Shown here: positions 50,543-64,000 of the stretch, one piece after another | Position numbering within the stretch: position 1 is the first letter of the stretch | How the letters are laid out: every line of letters begins with the position of its first letter | DNA from: a virus | Direction: 5' to 3' (one strand) | IMG/VR virus record: IMGVR_UViG_3300045988_027877 | Location: 1-64,000 of that record | Length of the DNA stretch: 64,000 nt | Translations under genes and position numbers: made by a program | Notes under the pieces: model-generated | Told to the model about the DNA's origin: nothing | What the model saw: the letters and a program-made list of their open reading frames with translations, nothing else | Database searches by the model: none

Positions 50543-51199
50543 ATGAAATTAAATACCTTAAATACTATTATTGATGATATTCTACTTGAATTGCGCAATA
50601 GTTCTGTAGCTGAATCAGAACATATAAGTAGGATATAGATCGAACAATGGATAGCTAATTATCGAGCTGTACTTATAAAGCAAGATATAGACAAAGGTAG
50701 AGATATTAATCCAATGTACATCTAGACTATGCCATGTATACACTTAGACAAAGTAGATACTGTAGCTGGTAAGATAGAGTATAAGAGTAATATAGAACTA
50801 CCTAAACTAATAGACTTCCATTTCAGGACCGGTTTAGTATATGTCAAGGACATGTACGGTAATCTTATTCAGCTAGGTCATGAAACTAAAATGAAATATC
50901 AAAGATACAGAAAGTATACCTGTGGTGATTACATCGCTTATATTAAGAACAACAGGTTATATATCGAAGGTAGTGACAATCAACTAGAATGGGTAGAGAT
51001 AGGAATCATAGCAGAGAATCCGGCAGACTTAAATGAATGCTTTGATCCTGATAGTGAATATCCTGTACCTGCACATATGATACCAGTTATTAAAGATATG
51101 ATCTTTAGTAAAGAGTTAAATATCATGCATCAGATGCCATCAGACGAAACTAATAACTCTAGAGATGATATGTAGAACATTAATGTTAGATAGCAATGA
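50543..51199 (+). CDS. hypothetical structural protein (4 in-frame TAG)
   Basis: ATG 50543 is in frame with track ORF 50729..51175. TGA at 51197 in an ATGA overlap. Confidence 0.5.
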
Positions 51200-51639
51200 A
51201 GAAATCTTATACAATAAGCGACTTCTATGAGTTCTACTTATCTTATATCGAAAGGGAAACTGTATATGATGTTGATTACAAAACATACAGACAAATTGTT
51301 GAAGATTACTTTAAGTATATCGTAGAAGAGATAATGGAAAATAGTAGAGAATTCAAACTACCATGTAGACTTGGAAATCTAAGTATAGTAAAACGATAGC
51401 CTAAGAACTTTGATAACAAGAGCTTAAGAATAGATTATCACGAAAGTAAGATATACGGGAAGCCGATTTATTTTACTAACGAACATTCTAATTTTTTCAA
51501 ATTCAGATTTTTGTGGTCTAAGAAAGATTGTCTGTTAACGAACAAGACAAAATACTAGTTTATAGCGACTCGTGCCAATAAGAGAAGGCTAGCACAAATA
51601 ATAAAAAATAGAGAGCATGACTACGTGGAGATTAAGTGA
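51196..51639 (+). CDS. hypothetical protein, possibly HU/IHF-like DNA-binding (2 in-frame TAG)
   Basis: Track ORF 51196..51399 continues in frame to TGA at 51637. FKLPCRLGNLSIVKR resembles the HU/IHF arm, but the similarity is weak. Confidence 0.35.
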
Positions 51640-52432
51640 TATTCAAAATATATCAAAACAAGCTGGAGTATATCAAATTAAGAATGTTTTAAATGGGCAC
51701 TCTTATATTGGTAGTACTAATAATTTTTACGATAGACTAATATAGCATCGGTCCCATTTGAGAAAGTAGAAACATCACAGCATTGCGTTGCAGAGAGCTT
51801 ATGATAAATACGGAGAATCTAATTTTGAAGTAAACATATTAGAGATCTGCTCACCCATAAGAGACACTTTATTGTATTTAGAATAGAAATATTTAGATTT
51901 AAACCCTGAATACAACATAAGTAAAATAGCGAGTCATCCTTCAAACACTGGGCATAAGATGTCAGAGCGAGGTAAGAGAATATTGCATGATTTATATTAT
52001 GGAAAGAAAAGAGATCCAAATATAATAGAAAAAGCAATAAAAAATAGAATAGGAAAAGGATGTAAAAACGTATATTGTTTTAATAAGCAAGGCGAGTTTA
52101 TAGGATGTTTTTTAAATTCTAAACAGGCCGTTAAACTATTAAATCTCGGTATATCTCCTAGCATAATAAATAAATGCTGTACAGGTCTATGTAAAAGTGC
52201 AGGAGGATTTGTATGGTCTTACACTTATAAGACAATCGGATCATATAAAAAAGATAATGCAAAAAGAACTAAGATAATTAGAATTTATAAAAACGGAATG
52301 GAAAAAGTATACAGTTCTGTTGCTGAAGCAGCAAAAGATACTGGTAATATAGATAACAGATCTGCTATATCAGACTGTCTACGCGGAAAAAGAAAAACAG
52401 CTTACGGTTCTAAATGGAGGTACTACAAATGA
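51617..52432 (+). CDS. GIY-YIG homing endonuclease (3 in-frame TAG)
   Basis: MTTWRLSDIQNISKQAGVYQIKNVLNGHSYIGSTNNFYDRLI[TAG]HRSHLRK[TAG]KHHSIALQRAYDKYGESNFEVNILE. In frame with track ORF 51959..52432. The C-terminal half has repeated helix-turn-helix-like modules. Confidence 0.75.
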
Positions 52433-53337
52433 TTGATAAACTAACAACGTCTAAAGAAATAATTGCTAAGATCATAGCCGATTATGATCTTAAAGAAGAT
52501 GAAATTAAAATAACAGATATTCGAGAATGGATTGGCGAAGGTATGGAAAAAATAGGTGCGGTACAATAGTTAGAACATAAAGTAGCTAATCTGAAGATAT
52601 GTGACTATCAAGCTAAACTACCGTGTGATTTGTATAGATTAAATCAAGTTGCATTCTCATTTGAGAATAGTTGTGGTTGGTTACCAATGAGAAAGGTGAC
52701 TAACTCTTTTGGTATATATAAGAAGTGTGGAGAATGTGATCCTAAGATGTTGATACAAGATAATGTTTTACTTCCACTAGTAAAGAATATCTTTAACTTA
52801 GATAATGATAAGGATGCATTAGAGATACTTAATAGTGATTAGAACATTAAACAAACTCTTAGTGCTCTAGTAAATCAGTATACCGTACCTAGTAACAATG
52901 GTAGACTTATAGTAGGTAATCCTGCTACATTCAATACTAGTTTACAGTACTCTACTAAACCGGGTTACATTACAGTTAATGTACCGTGCGGTTGGGTTAA
53001 AGTATCTTATCACGCTATACCTACTGATGAAGATAATATGCCTATGATACCAGACCTAACTTCTTATAAAGAAGCATTAATGTATTATATAGGTACAAAA
53101 CTATTATACTCTAAATGGATAAAAGGATAGGTATCTAATGAGATATACTATACAATAAAAAGATCTTGGAATTTTTATAGGAAACAGGCATATGCTGAAG
53201 CGATGATGCCAAGCACTGACGAAATTAGAGGTATTCAGAATTCCTGGGACAGGTTATACCCTGAAAGAGATGAGCATAGTAGTTTTTTTGAATATCTTGG
53301 TGATCAACAACATATTTATAATTAGAATAGACCATGA
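52429..53337 (+). CDS. hypothetical structural protein (4 in-frame TAG)
   Basis: ATG 52429 (ATGA overlap) is in frame with track ORF 52630..52842. TGA at 53335. Confidence 0.5.
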
Positions 53338-56300
53338 GTAATACATTACAGACAAATACATTTACAGGAGGATTGAACCTAGATGCTGACATTACTATGG
53401 TTCCTAATAACTAGTATCGTTATGCTGAGAATGTTCGCGTTATAACCGATACTGATGGGAGCACTGGTGTACTGTAGAACATACAGGATGTAAAGTTAGT
53501 AGAAGGAGGAGACTTTCTGTTCTATGATGAAAAGATACTAGCTACTACTACTATAGATAAGTATGGGATTATTATTACTGTAGATGATGCTCATGTAAAT
53601 AGAATTCATAGAGTAGATAACTATGATAACCCGCCTCTGAAACACACTATAGTAGTAAAAGGTAAGCTGGGTTATACTGTAGATTCTAACATTAAGATAG
53701 TAGCTAATTACGAATCAGAAGGAATTATTAAACTATACATAGCTTGTCCAGAGTAGATCATAAAGACTCTTAACATAATGGATGATAAGTATGTATATGT
53801 ATCTGGTAAAGAGAATTCATATCTTGATAGTGCAGGTAATCTGAAGAATCCTAGCCTACTAGATATACAGATTTCTGCTTTACTTACTCAACCTGAAGTA
53901 ACTTCACTAGGAGGTGGATAGTTAAAAACCGGAGTTGTACAATACGCATACCAATTGTTTAATGCTCGTGGTTCTAGTACTAATTTCTCTCCAGTAAGTA
54001 ATGCCATACACTTAACCACTAGTAATGTATCAACAGGTTAGCAGTAGTACATGGGGGCTAATAAAGATATTAACTCTGGTAAGAGTGTTAACTTTACTGT
54101 TAAACTTAATGATATTCCCGAAGGATTATTTGATAGTATTAGACTTATACGTATACATTACACAGACTATACAGAAGATCCTATTATCGAAGTATTTCAA
54201 GAAGCTACTATATCTACTTCTGTTAGAGAGTATAGCTTTACAGATGTAGGCGGTTCTGCTATCAATACTCTAACTATAGAGGAGTTTAACAAGACATAGG
54301 AATCATCATTTGCAGCCGCGACCATAGAAGCTAAAGATAATATTCTATTTGCAGCTAATATAACTGAAGCTACATGGAAGCCTGATTATGATGCAAGAGC
54401 TTATCGTTTTACTTCTAATGGCAGATTGATACTTAAAGGAGCTAGTTCTGATTAGGATATAGATGTCACTCTATCTAGTTCTACTCTAAACTCTTATCTA
54501 AAAAACATACCAGAGGATCACGATTGTATAAATCCGTATAACTTGACAGACTATGCAATGAGCGCTGCTAACGTAACCAAATATAAATTTGGTAGCAATA
54601 CTCTTGGTGGTACTGGTCTTAATATAGATTATGAATTTATTACTACGGATATTACATTAGACGAGTAGTACCAGAATACTCTATCTATAACTACTAATGT
54701 TACTAAGGATAATACGATCAACATAAGTAAGCTAGATGGTTCTCTAATAGAAACTGTTACTTTAGGTAGCGCATCTGACAGTAGATTTAAAAACTACGCG
54801 GATCCATACTTTGCTTCTAAATATAGAAGTCATCATAGAGATGAAATATACAGATACGGTATAGTATTCTTTAATGATAAAAACATTGCAACTCCTGTGT
54901 ATTGGATAGGGGATATTAAGTTTCCACATTGCTATGAAGCGTGTCCTTGGTATGTAGACAATTAGTCATTGAAAGGAAAACCAATAGGTATTAGATTCAA
55001 TGTTAGGAATTACCCAGATGGTGCACATACTTATCAGATAGTAAGATGCAAGAGAACTAAGGAAGATAGAACAGTATTAACACAAGCAATAGTATCAGCT
55101 ACTGTATCGTATCCGTATCACTCTGTTAGAGATGCTGAGTATGATATAGCATCTGAAAATACTAGACGTCCTTACACATTCTTAGGTAACTCATATCAGA
55201 AGAATGGCTTCCATGTTACTGTTACTGGTTTTGTTTATAAATGGTTGCTAGGAGAAAGAGTAGATAGTAGTATAGTAACTCTGATAAGTCCTGAAATAGA
55301 CATGAACAAAGATGATATGGCTGCTAGTATTAAAGGATGTACAGGTGACTTGTGTATGTATTTGGATCCTAGAACTAACAGAGTAGTAAATGTTGGTGAT
55401 AGGAATTACTATGGCGCTTATATTTCTTCCGACAGAACTCAATTAATAGTAGAGCATACGCAGGTGAGTGGAGAGATGAAATCTCAGAAGAGTGATAAGT
55501 ATTAGTTTAGAGCTGGTGATTTGGTATCAAGTTCTGATGATTATAATAACATGTTCCTTATATCAATAGATGGTACCATGCAACTAGGACATCAGTTTAA
55601 TGGTATAACTAATATGATTGGTAAGCGTTATGTAGCTCATTATACTGGTCTAAGTAATAGTGTAAGAGGTAAGTTTGACATACTTGAGGTTACTAACCCT
55701 ATGATTATGCAAGCTCTAGAATGGAACGATGCTGTATCTAGACATTCATCCATTGCTGGAAAGACATACCTAAATGCTTCAGTATCACATAACCAAGATC
55801 AAGATAATGGAACTAATGCTAATAAGACTGGTTACTTTGGTAACTGCTTAGTAATAAATAGAAGTAATAACAACATAGGTGTACCTAATAATATTAGTAC
55901 AGATATGTCTACTTCTAATAACTTATCTACTAAAGCTAACTCTGGAGTAGCTTCTGCTATACAGCAGTTCAACTATACTCCATTCACTACACCTGTAGTA
56001 AACATTAAGACTACTAATATACCTTATGGTGGCAATACTTATAACGCTCGTAGTAACTCTATATATATAAGTACTTACAGTAGCCACTTAATAGAGAACG
56101 AATCTAGTAGTTATATTAATGTGTTTGGTGGTGATACTTACTTAGGAGTACTGGATAACAAGACTGTGATTTATATTCCACAGCTTACAGGAGATAAACA
56201 ATGTCCAGATACTTACTGTGGTATATCTATATCAGATTACATTCCATTTGAAACTACTATCAATATGGCTCTAATGTATGGTCAATCAGCATCTAGAGTT

Positions 56301-57476
56301 GCAAGTGGCGGATTAGATTACGTTGATCCATATCTAGGTATAACCGCTGCTGGTGGATCGTATGGAGGTCATAGTCAAGAGAAACCATATTATGCATATA
56401 ATGATGCATACAGTATCCAACCTGATGCATAGATGTATGCAGTAGATTCTACTTACTCTATAAGTAATCTTAAGTCTGGTAATCGAATCAGATATTCTGG
56501 TACTAAGACAGCTAATGAAATAACAGATAGTTGGACTAGTTTCAAAGCTGCTGATTACTTAGATGTAGATTCATCTCACGGAGATATAACTAATCTAAAG
56601 AACTTCAATGATTAGTTATTATTCTGGTAGAAGGATGCTGTAGGTATAGCTGCTGTTAGAGATAGATCTTTGATTACAGATAACGATCAAGCATCACTAG
56701 TATTAGGTACTGGTGGAGTACTAGATAGATATGATTATGTAACTACTTCTAATGGTTCTGATACACCTAATGATAAGAGTATCATTGGTACTCCTAGTGG
56801 TTTGTATTGGTATGATGATAGTAAGAATGAAGTATGTTCATATACTAATCAAGTACAGAAGTTATCTAAAGCGAAGAGCGTACAATCATGGTTTAACGAT
56901 AATACTAAGAAAGCTAAAGTAAGTATATACGATCCTAAGTTCAATGAAGTACAGATGGGATTTGAGGATAAGGATCTAGTGTACAATGAATAGTTACAGC
57001 AGTTTTCATCATTCTATACACTTAATCCAGATAACTGCTTGGCATTCCCAGATAGACTCTTGTATATCAAAGACTAGATGATACAAGAAAATGCAGATTT
57101 TCCGTTAAATAAGATGCGTTCTAAGTTATAGATTATAGTTAATAAGGATCCATTACTTACTAAAACTTATGATAATGTATTCTTTAGTGGAGAGTTCGAT
57201 AATGTTCAAGAGATGATGTAGGATATTAAGTTTACTACTAAGACTCAAGAAGGAACTATCTTCAAAGATGATACTGAAGTAAGTAATCCGATAGAACAAA
57301 GAGAAGATACATATAGATTTGCTGTGGGTAGAGAGAAAGAAAGTAAAGATGATATGTCATTACCGGGTAGAATGAAAGGTAAATACATGATATGTGATTA
57401 CTTAATTAACTGTGACAATCAGCGTAACTTCAAACTCCCTAATATTAACACAACATATAGATATTCATTAGTATGA
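53334..57476 (+). CDS. large tail protein, about 1380 aa (many in-frame TAG)
   Basis: Track fragments 54051, 54969, 55521, 56433 and 56670 all share the frame of ATG 53334. I traced 53334-53520, 54243-54975 and 56943-57240 and found only TAG. TGA at 57474. Confidence 0.6.
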
Positions 57477-59101
57477 GAAAAGTAAATAAAAAGAATTGTT
57501 TTTCAGGAGGTGGTACTTCTTATAACCCACAGACACTACAGTCCCCGTATCTATAGACGGATTTCAGTAAACAATTACCTACACAATTAACAGCTCCAGC
57601 ATCTGTACAGCAATATGCACCTGGTAATTATAATCCGGGTAGTTCTGCTAATCCATTGTTTGGTTCTAAAGTATAGAACTTGTTTGGTGGAGCTAGTGCA
57701 GGAGGTCAAGGAATAGGAGGCATAGGTCAAGCTGGAGATGCTATTAACTCTATGATAGGTAATGTAACTGCTCCTGCTACAGCTACTACTAAAGGAGAAG
57801 CTAACATGCAAACTGTAACTAATACAATCGGTGGAGCAGCTAAGGGAGCAGCAGCCGGGTTTGCAGTTGGTGGACCAGTAGGAGCAATAGTTGGCGGAGT
57901 TGCTGGTTTAGCATCTGGTATAACAGGTAATAAAGGTAAAGTAAATCTACAATCTAATCCATACGATGATAATATTACTGTTAATTACGGTACTGGTATC
58001 AGAGGTGGAAAAAAGAATAGAAGAAAGATAGAGAGACAAAGAGACCAAGCTATAGCTAATGCTAGAAGTAATCAGGCTAGTTTAGCTATGGGTTATTAGA
58101 ATGAATAGGAATTCTATCAAGACTACGATACAGATATACAGACAATGGCTTACGGAGGTACAGCTAGTAGTCTGGCGTATGTAGATGATGGAGAGGTACT
58201 CAATACTCCACAAGGAGATATAGTTAATGTACCAGAAGAAGGTAAACCAACAGATAGTAATTTGGTTAACTTACCAGAAGGTACTAGAATACTTAGTGAT
58301 AAGAGAAAAGTACCGGGAAGTAAAGAAACGTTTGCACAGATGGGTAAAAGATTAATGTCTAAGAAAACAAGTAAGTCTAAAGATAAGTATGCAGAGAATG
58401 CAGCTATGTTAAACTAGATGCATGACTAGATGATATACGATAGACTGTTTGCTATACAAGAAGGAACTAAAAAGAAAAATGGGAAGACCAAGAAGTTTGC
58501 AAAAGGAGGAAGTGTAGGTAATTTGATCACAGATCTAACAGCTTTAGCTCCTACTATATCTAATATGTATGCAAAGCCAGAGTCTTTCAATGCAGTATAC
58601 AATCCATATGAATCACAGATAAATCAGACAATGGCTAATCGTAGATTTGACATTAGTCCAGCTAAAAGAACTATCCGTGAGAATAGAACAATTAGTAACT
58701 ATAATGCAGCTAATTACAATCCTAATACTGGAGCTAATCTAGCGTATAGAATTCAGAGTCAGGTTGCAGCTAACAAAGCTATATCCGATTTATATTCTAC
58801 AGCTAGTAATGTTAATAACCAGTATAAAGCAGATTATGCTAGTACTTTGAATAGTTTAGGACAGCAAAGAGTTAATGCTACTAACATGGCAGTAGATATG
58901 AATGCTAGAAGCAGAGCTGCTGCTAGAAACATTCAGAGAACAGCTTTGAGTCAATTGAGTCAGTACGCACAGAACAAACAACTTATGAAGAATCAGAAGT
59001 CTAGAGATATGGCTATGTTAGAAATGTATGGACCATTCTTGGAAGCTGGTTATAAGTCAGGAGATTATGCATCATTCATGAAACAATTTAGAAAGGGATA
59101 A
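57473..59101 (+). CDS. Gly-rich internal/tail protein (6 in-frame TAG)
   Basis: Fragments 57680, 58145 and 58430 share the frame of ATG 57473. Gly/Ala-rich segment GGAAKGAAAGFAVGGPVGAIVGGVAGLASG. TAA at 59099. Confidence 0.5.
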
Positions 59102-59102
59102 T

Positions 59103-60902
59103 ATGGCAGCAAATATGTACGATCAAGCCGCGTAGGCTTAGTTTATTAATACTTATGTGCCTATTAATTTTGGAGAATTATATAGAATAGGTGCGGCACA
59201 AAAACAAGCAGTAGATCAAGCAGCAGAACAATTTACTACACAGTTACAGAAGTTTGGAGAATTTAGATCACCTTCCAGAGTAGATACAGAAAATTATTAC
59301 AATATGACTATTGGCAGAGAAGACTTTCAGAATGCCATTAATCAAATGGTATCTAATCCCGACTATATGAAGGACGCTAGTAATAGAGCTAAACTACAAT
59401 CATTAATAAATAGTGTAGATTATGCTGCTCTGTCTCAGTTGAAGGAAAGTGCAGACTATTAGAGAATGGGTCTACAGACGAGAGCTAAGATGAAAGCAGA
59501 AGGTAGGCTCAAAGACAGCTGGGACAAGTCAGATATAGCTAACTATGATACTCTAGGTACTGGTAAAATATTTGATGATATTACTCCAGTAGCTTATATG
59601 AATCTGAATGAACTCAGTACTCCTTACTTTAATGATCTGAAACCGGGTTTCTTAGGTACGGATTATGTGAATGGTACTAGATATGTAGTAACTGGTAATA
59701 ATATGGAAGATCTTATGGCAGTAGCTACAGCTAAGTTCAATGATTTAATTGATACTCCACAAGGTCAGAAGTACTTTGAAGAGTATTTAGCTATGAATAA
59801 CGGTGATGCAAATGCTGCCAAATCTCAATTCATTAATGCAGTAGCTCAATCACAAATTGATAGAACTCGTAGACCTAAGTATGATGTAGATCCTGCTTTC
59901 ATAGAACAGTTGAGATATAGTTTAAAGGCAAAGGCTGCTGGAGCTTCAGAAGCAAGTCAAGTATTGCCAGACTTATCTAGAATACTGGCTACTACTACTG
60001 TACAAAATAACTTAGCTACTCTTGGAGGTTTAACTCCTGAAGAGAGATCCGCAGTTGCTAGTGGACAAGCTAATTCTGAAGTATATCAGAAAGCAAGTAG
60101 AAATATGAGCAACAATCTCAAGACAGCATGGAATAGCTTGAGTAAAGCTTCTGGAATAAACAGTGCTTCTAGAAAACTATTAGACATGATCAGTCAGCCT
60201 TTATCTAAAGAAGTAGACACTAGCCTACTTGTAGAAGGTGGTGGAGAAGCTCTGGGTAAAGATGCAAAGCTTACTAATAGTACAGCTAATATGACACTTG
60301 GCGCAGATATGACGTTTGGATTACTTGGATATGAGAATGGAGCTCTAGGTTATGCAATGAGTAATATGCAGAATGCTTCAGATGAAAAACAAAAAAAAGC
60401 ATGGAAAGATAGATCTGTGGCAATGGCTACTATTCAACAAGCTTGGTACAACGATCAATTCAGAGATGTTATTGTTAAAGGATCTGGTCAAGTACTTAGT
60501 GATAATAATGAAGTATATCACAAACGTAAAGTATATATACCTATAGATCAGTTAAGAAACATTGGTTTCGAATCAATTAGTAAAGGAGACTTCTCTAAGT
60601 TAATAGGTAGTAAAGTAGTATCTCTGGGAGATATTATAGATAAACAATAGATAGAGATCACACAAGAATATGATCCAAAAACTGGAGAGGTACTAAAAGG
60701 AGAAACTACTAAGAAGTTAACTAGAAAGAAACTAGATGATTCCGATCTGTATGTAGAGTTTGATGCTACTTATCCTCTACAGATAGGTAATAATGAAGCT
60801 ACTATTACCAGAAATGCCAATTACGAACGACAAGTCAGAACACTTGGAACTAAAGAAAAATATTCATAGGCAGAAGATTCAGCTAACAGATATCTAAGAT
60901 AA
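59103..60902 (+). CDS. hypothetical virion protein (5 in-frame TAG)
   Basis: Fragments 59157 and 59466 share the frame of ATG 59103. The end was traced to TAA at 60900. Confidence 0.5.
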
Positions 60903-60903
60903 T

Positions 60904-63900
60904 ATGGAAGATAACAAATTCATGGTAGGCGCTCCCAAAATGAACGCCATGACTTATGGTTCTATGGATACCGTACAAAATATACCTACTACTTCTGAGA
61001 GGAAATAGTAGGTATAGGAGTATGATTATGATATACCTTCTAACTTAGCAGATATATATACTAGAAAAGGCAGTACTGAGACTCCAGAAGAGAAAAGCAA
61101 CGACTATAACTGGTCTAAGATACTTAACGTTGCTACAGGTATTGCCTTTACTCCTAATGCGGGTATTGCAATAAAAGGAGGTTACGATATATATAATAGC
61201 CAGTTAGGTCAATCTGTTGTAGAGAAAGCAGTAGAAACAAATATCAGATCCTTAGAAGGTGATTTAGCCAGAAAAGAACTACGTACTATGCAAAGTATAG
61301 AGTTCTTGAAAGACTATGAAGAGAAACTACAAAGATTAAATCAGATACAAAGTACAGGAGAAGGTGATCCATAGGAAGCAACTCAGTTATAGACGTATTT
61401 GGATCAGAATGCTTAGACTTATGAGTTACTGATAAGAGGTAACAGTAAGTTAGCTCCTCTGTACTACGATGGATTTGAAACAAACAGTATTACTGGAGAG
61501 AAAACAACTTCCATAGGATTGCAAGTAGATCCTAAGAAAGTACCATTATGGGATAGACTTATGCTTAGTATATCTACTATGTTTGATAACAAAGCTGAGG
61601 CATACGAGGAGTACGTTAAAACTGGTTATGGTGATGCTGTATTAAATATCAAGCCTAAAGAAAGTGTATGGAATAATCCTGATAGAACTGGTATTATAAA
61701 CAGTTTGTAGAAGTTATATGATGATAGTATAACATCTCAAGAACTTAAGGTACAAAAGATTAAAGACAGACAAGGTATCTTAAAAGAAGGTAGCTGGTTC
61801 TTTGATCCTAATCAAATATCTCCAGAGTTTAGAGAAAGAGTAAACAATAATGAGTTTGCTTGGGGAGATCTAGAATCTTATCCTTACGCAATACCGCAGT
61901 TAGGTTCTTCTTTAGGAGAAATTGCTTCTACTGTAGAAACTGCTACTCTTGGTAGACTAGTAAGTATGGCTGCAAAAACTGCCGCTAAGAGAGGAAATCC
62001 CTATTCAGCTGCTTTGTTAGCTATCGGGGAGTTTGGTTTAAATGCAGCTAACAGTTATTATCAGCGTACTCAAGAAACCAATGCTGAAGTATTTGATGCT
62101 TACTTGAATAACATAGTAAATCAAATGGATTCAGGTAATCTGGATGTAGATAGAATATTAGATCAAGGTATCGAGAAACTACAGGCTAGAGGGATTAATA
62201 CAGATGAAATGACCATGCCATAGATTCTTGAAGATATGCTTCTGTACAATATCAAAACAGATGATCCTAACTTTGAGAATATAAAACTTAGTGCATACAA
62301 TGGTCTGGATAATATCTTTACTTCTAACATGGCTTTAGGAGTATGGGATGCCATGGATATAGCTTTATACTCTTATGGAGGTAAGCTTGCTGTGAAATCA
62401 GCAAAAGAGTTACTCAAGCAGGGAGGTAAAGGTTTAGCTAAAGCCACTGGACTTACTAAGGTTGCGGATATAGCCGATAAGTTTATAGATAACAGAATAA
62501 ACAAAGCTCTATACAGAATGGCTTCTAAAGACGTATTTAAAGCCAATAAGTATAGAGATGTACTTAATACTGTGGTAGGTTTAGGTACTAAACTTGGAGT
62601 AACCGCATTCGGAGAGGGTACAGAAGAAGGACAGCAGTACTTAATTCAAAGAGATTACGAATTAAGTTCTAAGTATGATCCTAAGAAGATGACATTGCTG
62701 GATGCATTCTTTAAGAACTTCCAATATGGTGCAGAAGCCAACATGGCTCTGATGGGTTTACATCCTGATGAAGCTTTGAACAATGACAAAGAACTAGAGC
62801 AGAACATGAAAGTTGGTGCTCTTATAGGTTTGTTAATGGGTGGTGCTGGTACTACTATATCTGATGGTCATCAACTTATTAGAGATGTGAAATCTAATAA
62901 GATGTTACGTAACATGGCTGCTTATGACATTAGTAATAAAGAAGAAGATATTAAAGTAGACAGATGGTATAATGCAGTAAAGAAGGGTTATACCCAAGAT
63001 GTGATTCAGAATCTTCAAGACATTAGAGATAGATTTACTCCAGAAGGTCTTACTCAAGAAGATATAGATGAAGATATTAAAAAAGCTAGACAATTAGAGA
63101 GTATATACTATAATCCTAATGTATCTGAGAACTTAGAACAATTAGGAATTAAAGTAGGCAGTGAGGAGCATAAGACGTTTGCTAAGAATGCAATGAAAGC
63201 GTATGACTTAGAACGCGTGTTTAACTCTCAAGCTAAGGAAGCCAACAAGAAACTTGCTGAAAAAGTAAATCAAATATATAGTTCTGATGAGTTTAGAAAC
63301 TCAGTGGATGAGTATTGGGATAATTTGTCTGATGCAGAAAGAGAAGCATGGGGAGTTAAAGAGAACCTAATTAGTATAGTAAGAGATGCTCAGTAGACAT
63401 TCACTACTCTTAATGTTCTGAATAAGCTGAAGAGACAGCTCAAAGACATGCAATCCTTTATTGCTCAAGCAAAGAAGAACGGTCTGGATGTTAGTGACGA
63501 GAATATAGCTTCTGTAGTATATCACATTAATCGTAAACAGAAATAGTTAGAAGATGCTACTAAGAAGGATAAGAAGATGTTCAAATAGCTTAAAGATATA
63601 TTTGGAATCAATACTGATCCAGAACTAGAGCAATTAATAGCAGATGAAAATATACTTGTTGGATTACTTAGTAAGGCTGTAAACCGACGTGCTGCATATT
63701 AGAACGGAGTAGTACTCAGAACTGATATGAACAGACGTGCTGACTTCAACATTCGTAACTGGTCACAATTATCAGAACAAGAACAACAAGAAGTACGTGA
63801 TAGATATACAAAAGAAGCACAAGACAACGGTCAAGAAGCTCCTAGCGATAGATCTATAATTGCTAGATACAATAGAGATGTACAGCAAAATGATATTATA

Positions 63901-64000
63901 GACGAGTCTGTAAATGCTGCTAGAAAGTATGCTAATGATATTATTAAGGCAGATCTTGATAGATATACTTAGAATGACAGATCTTATAGTGAAGTAAGCG
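60904..64000 (+). CDS. giant virion/cargo-type protein, N-terminal part (truncated by the window end)
   Basis: Fragments 61519, 61966, 62236 and 63727 share the frame of ATG 60904. All gaps were traced and contain only TAG. The frame is still open at 64000 (over 1030 codons). Confidence 0.6.

Noticed and set aside
1-64000. CRISPR arrays, rRNA genes, integrase or lysogeny module, transposases.
   Set aside because: I saw no regularly spaced direct repeats with unique spacers, no rRNA-like conserved sequence, and no integrase, recombinase or transposase motifs in any merged ORF.

Overview
This window is an AT-rich, tightly packed dsDNA phage segment. The protein motifs I recognise (large terminase, portal, major capsid protein, giant tail and cargo-like proteins) resemble a crAss-like (Crassvirales-type) podophage. 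No database search was possible, so this is recognition only.

Layout:
- 1-2974: a minus-strand block of small membrane-protein genes, plus two unusually long structured noncoding stretches of about 440 nt each.
- 2975-3213: a divergent control region carrying a phased TGTTAA repeat array.
- 3214-64000: a single plus-strand block. It holds small early-type genes, then a tRNA, a GIY-YIG endonuclease, terL, portal, capsid genes, tail fibres, a lysis cassette, more fibres, a diversity-generating retroelement (DGR), tail and cargo genes, and a giant ORF that runs off the window end.

Two observations dominate.
1. TAG is not a stop in the plus-strand block. Neighbouring fragments in the ORF track share a frame and are separated only by TAG. 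Joining them gives full-length terL (12 TAG), portal (8 TAG), a 2646-aa tail protein (38 TAG) and others, and every joined gene ends in TAA or TGA. A tRNA with anticodon CUA and a tRNA-Gln-like acceptor stem lies at 7750-7826. I infer TAG is read as Gln (code-15-like).
2. 43829-46354 is a complete DGR: a target gene whose C-terminal variable repeat (VR) differs from the downstream template repeat (TR) at 28 positions, all of them TR adenines, followed by a YADD reverse transcriptase (RT).

Other points are in the findings:
- an apparent genuine TAG stop fused to a terminator in the minus-strand block;
- very uneven TAG density between genes;
- an in-frame TGA that splits a LamG-like domain inside a fibre gene with mosaic GC content;
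- two GIY-YIG endonucleases, one TAG-free and one recoded;
- conserved upstream motifs.

All functional calls rest on motif recognition by eye. Coordinates of merged genes come from manual frame tracing.
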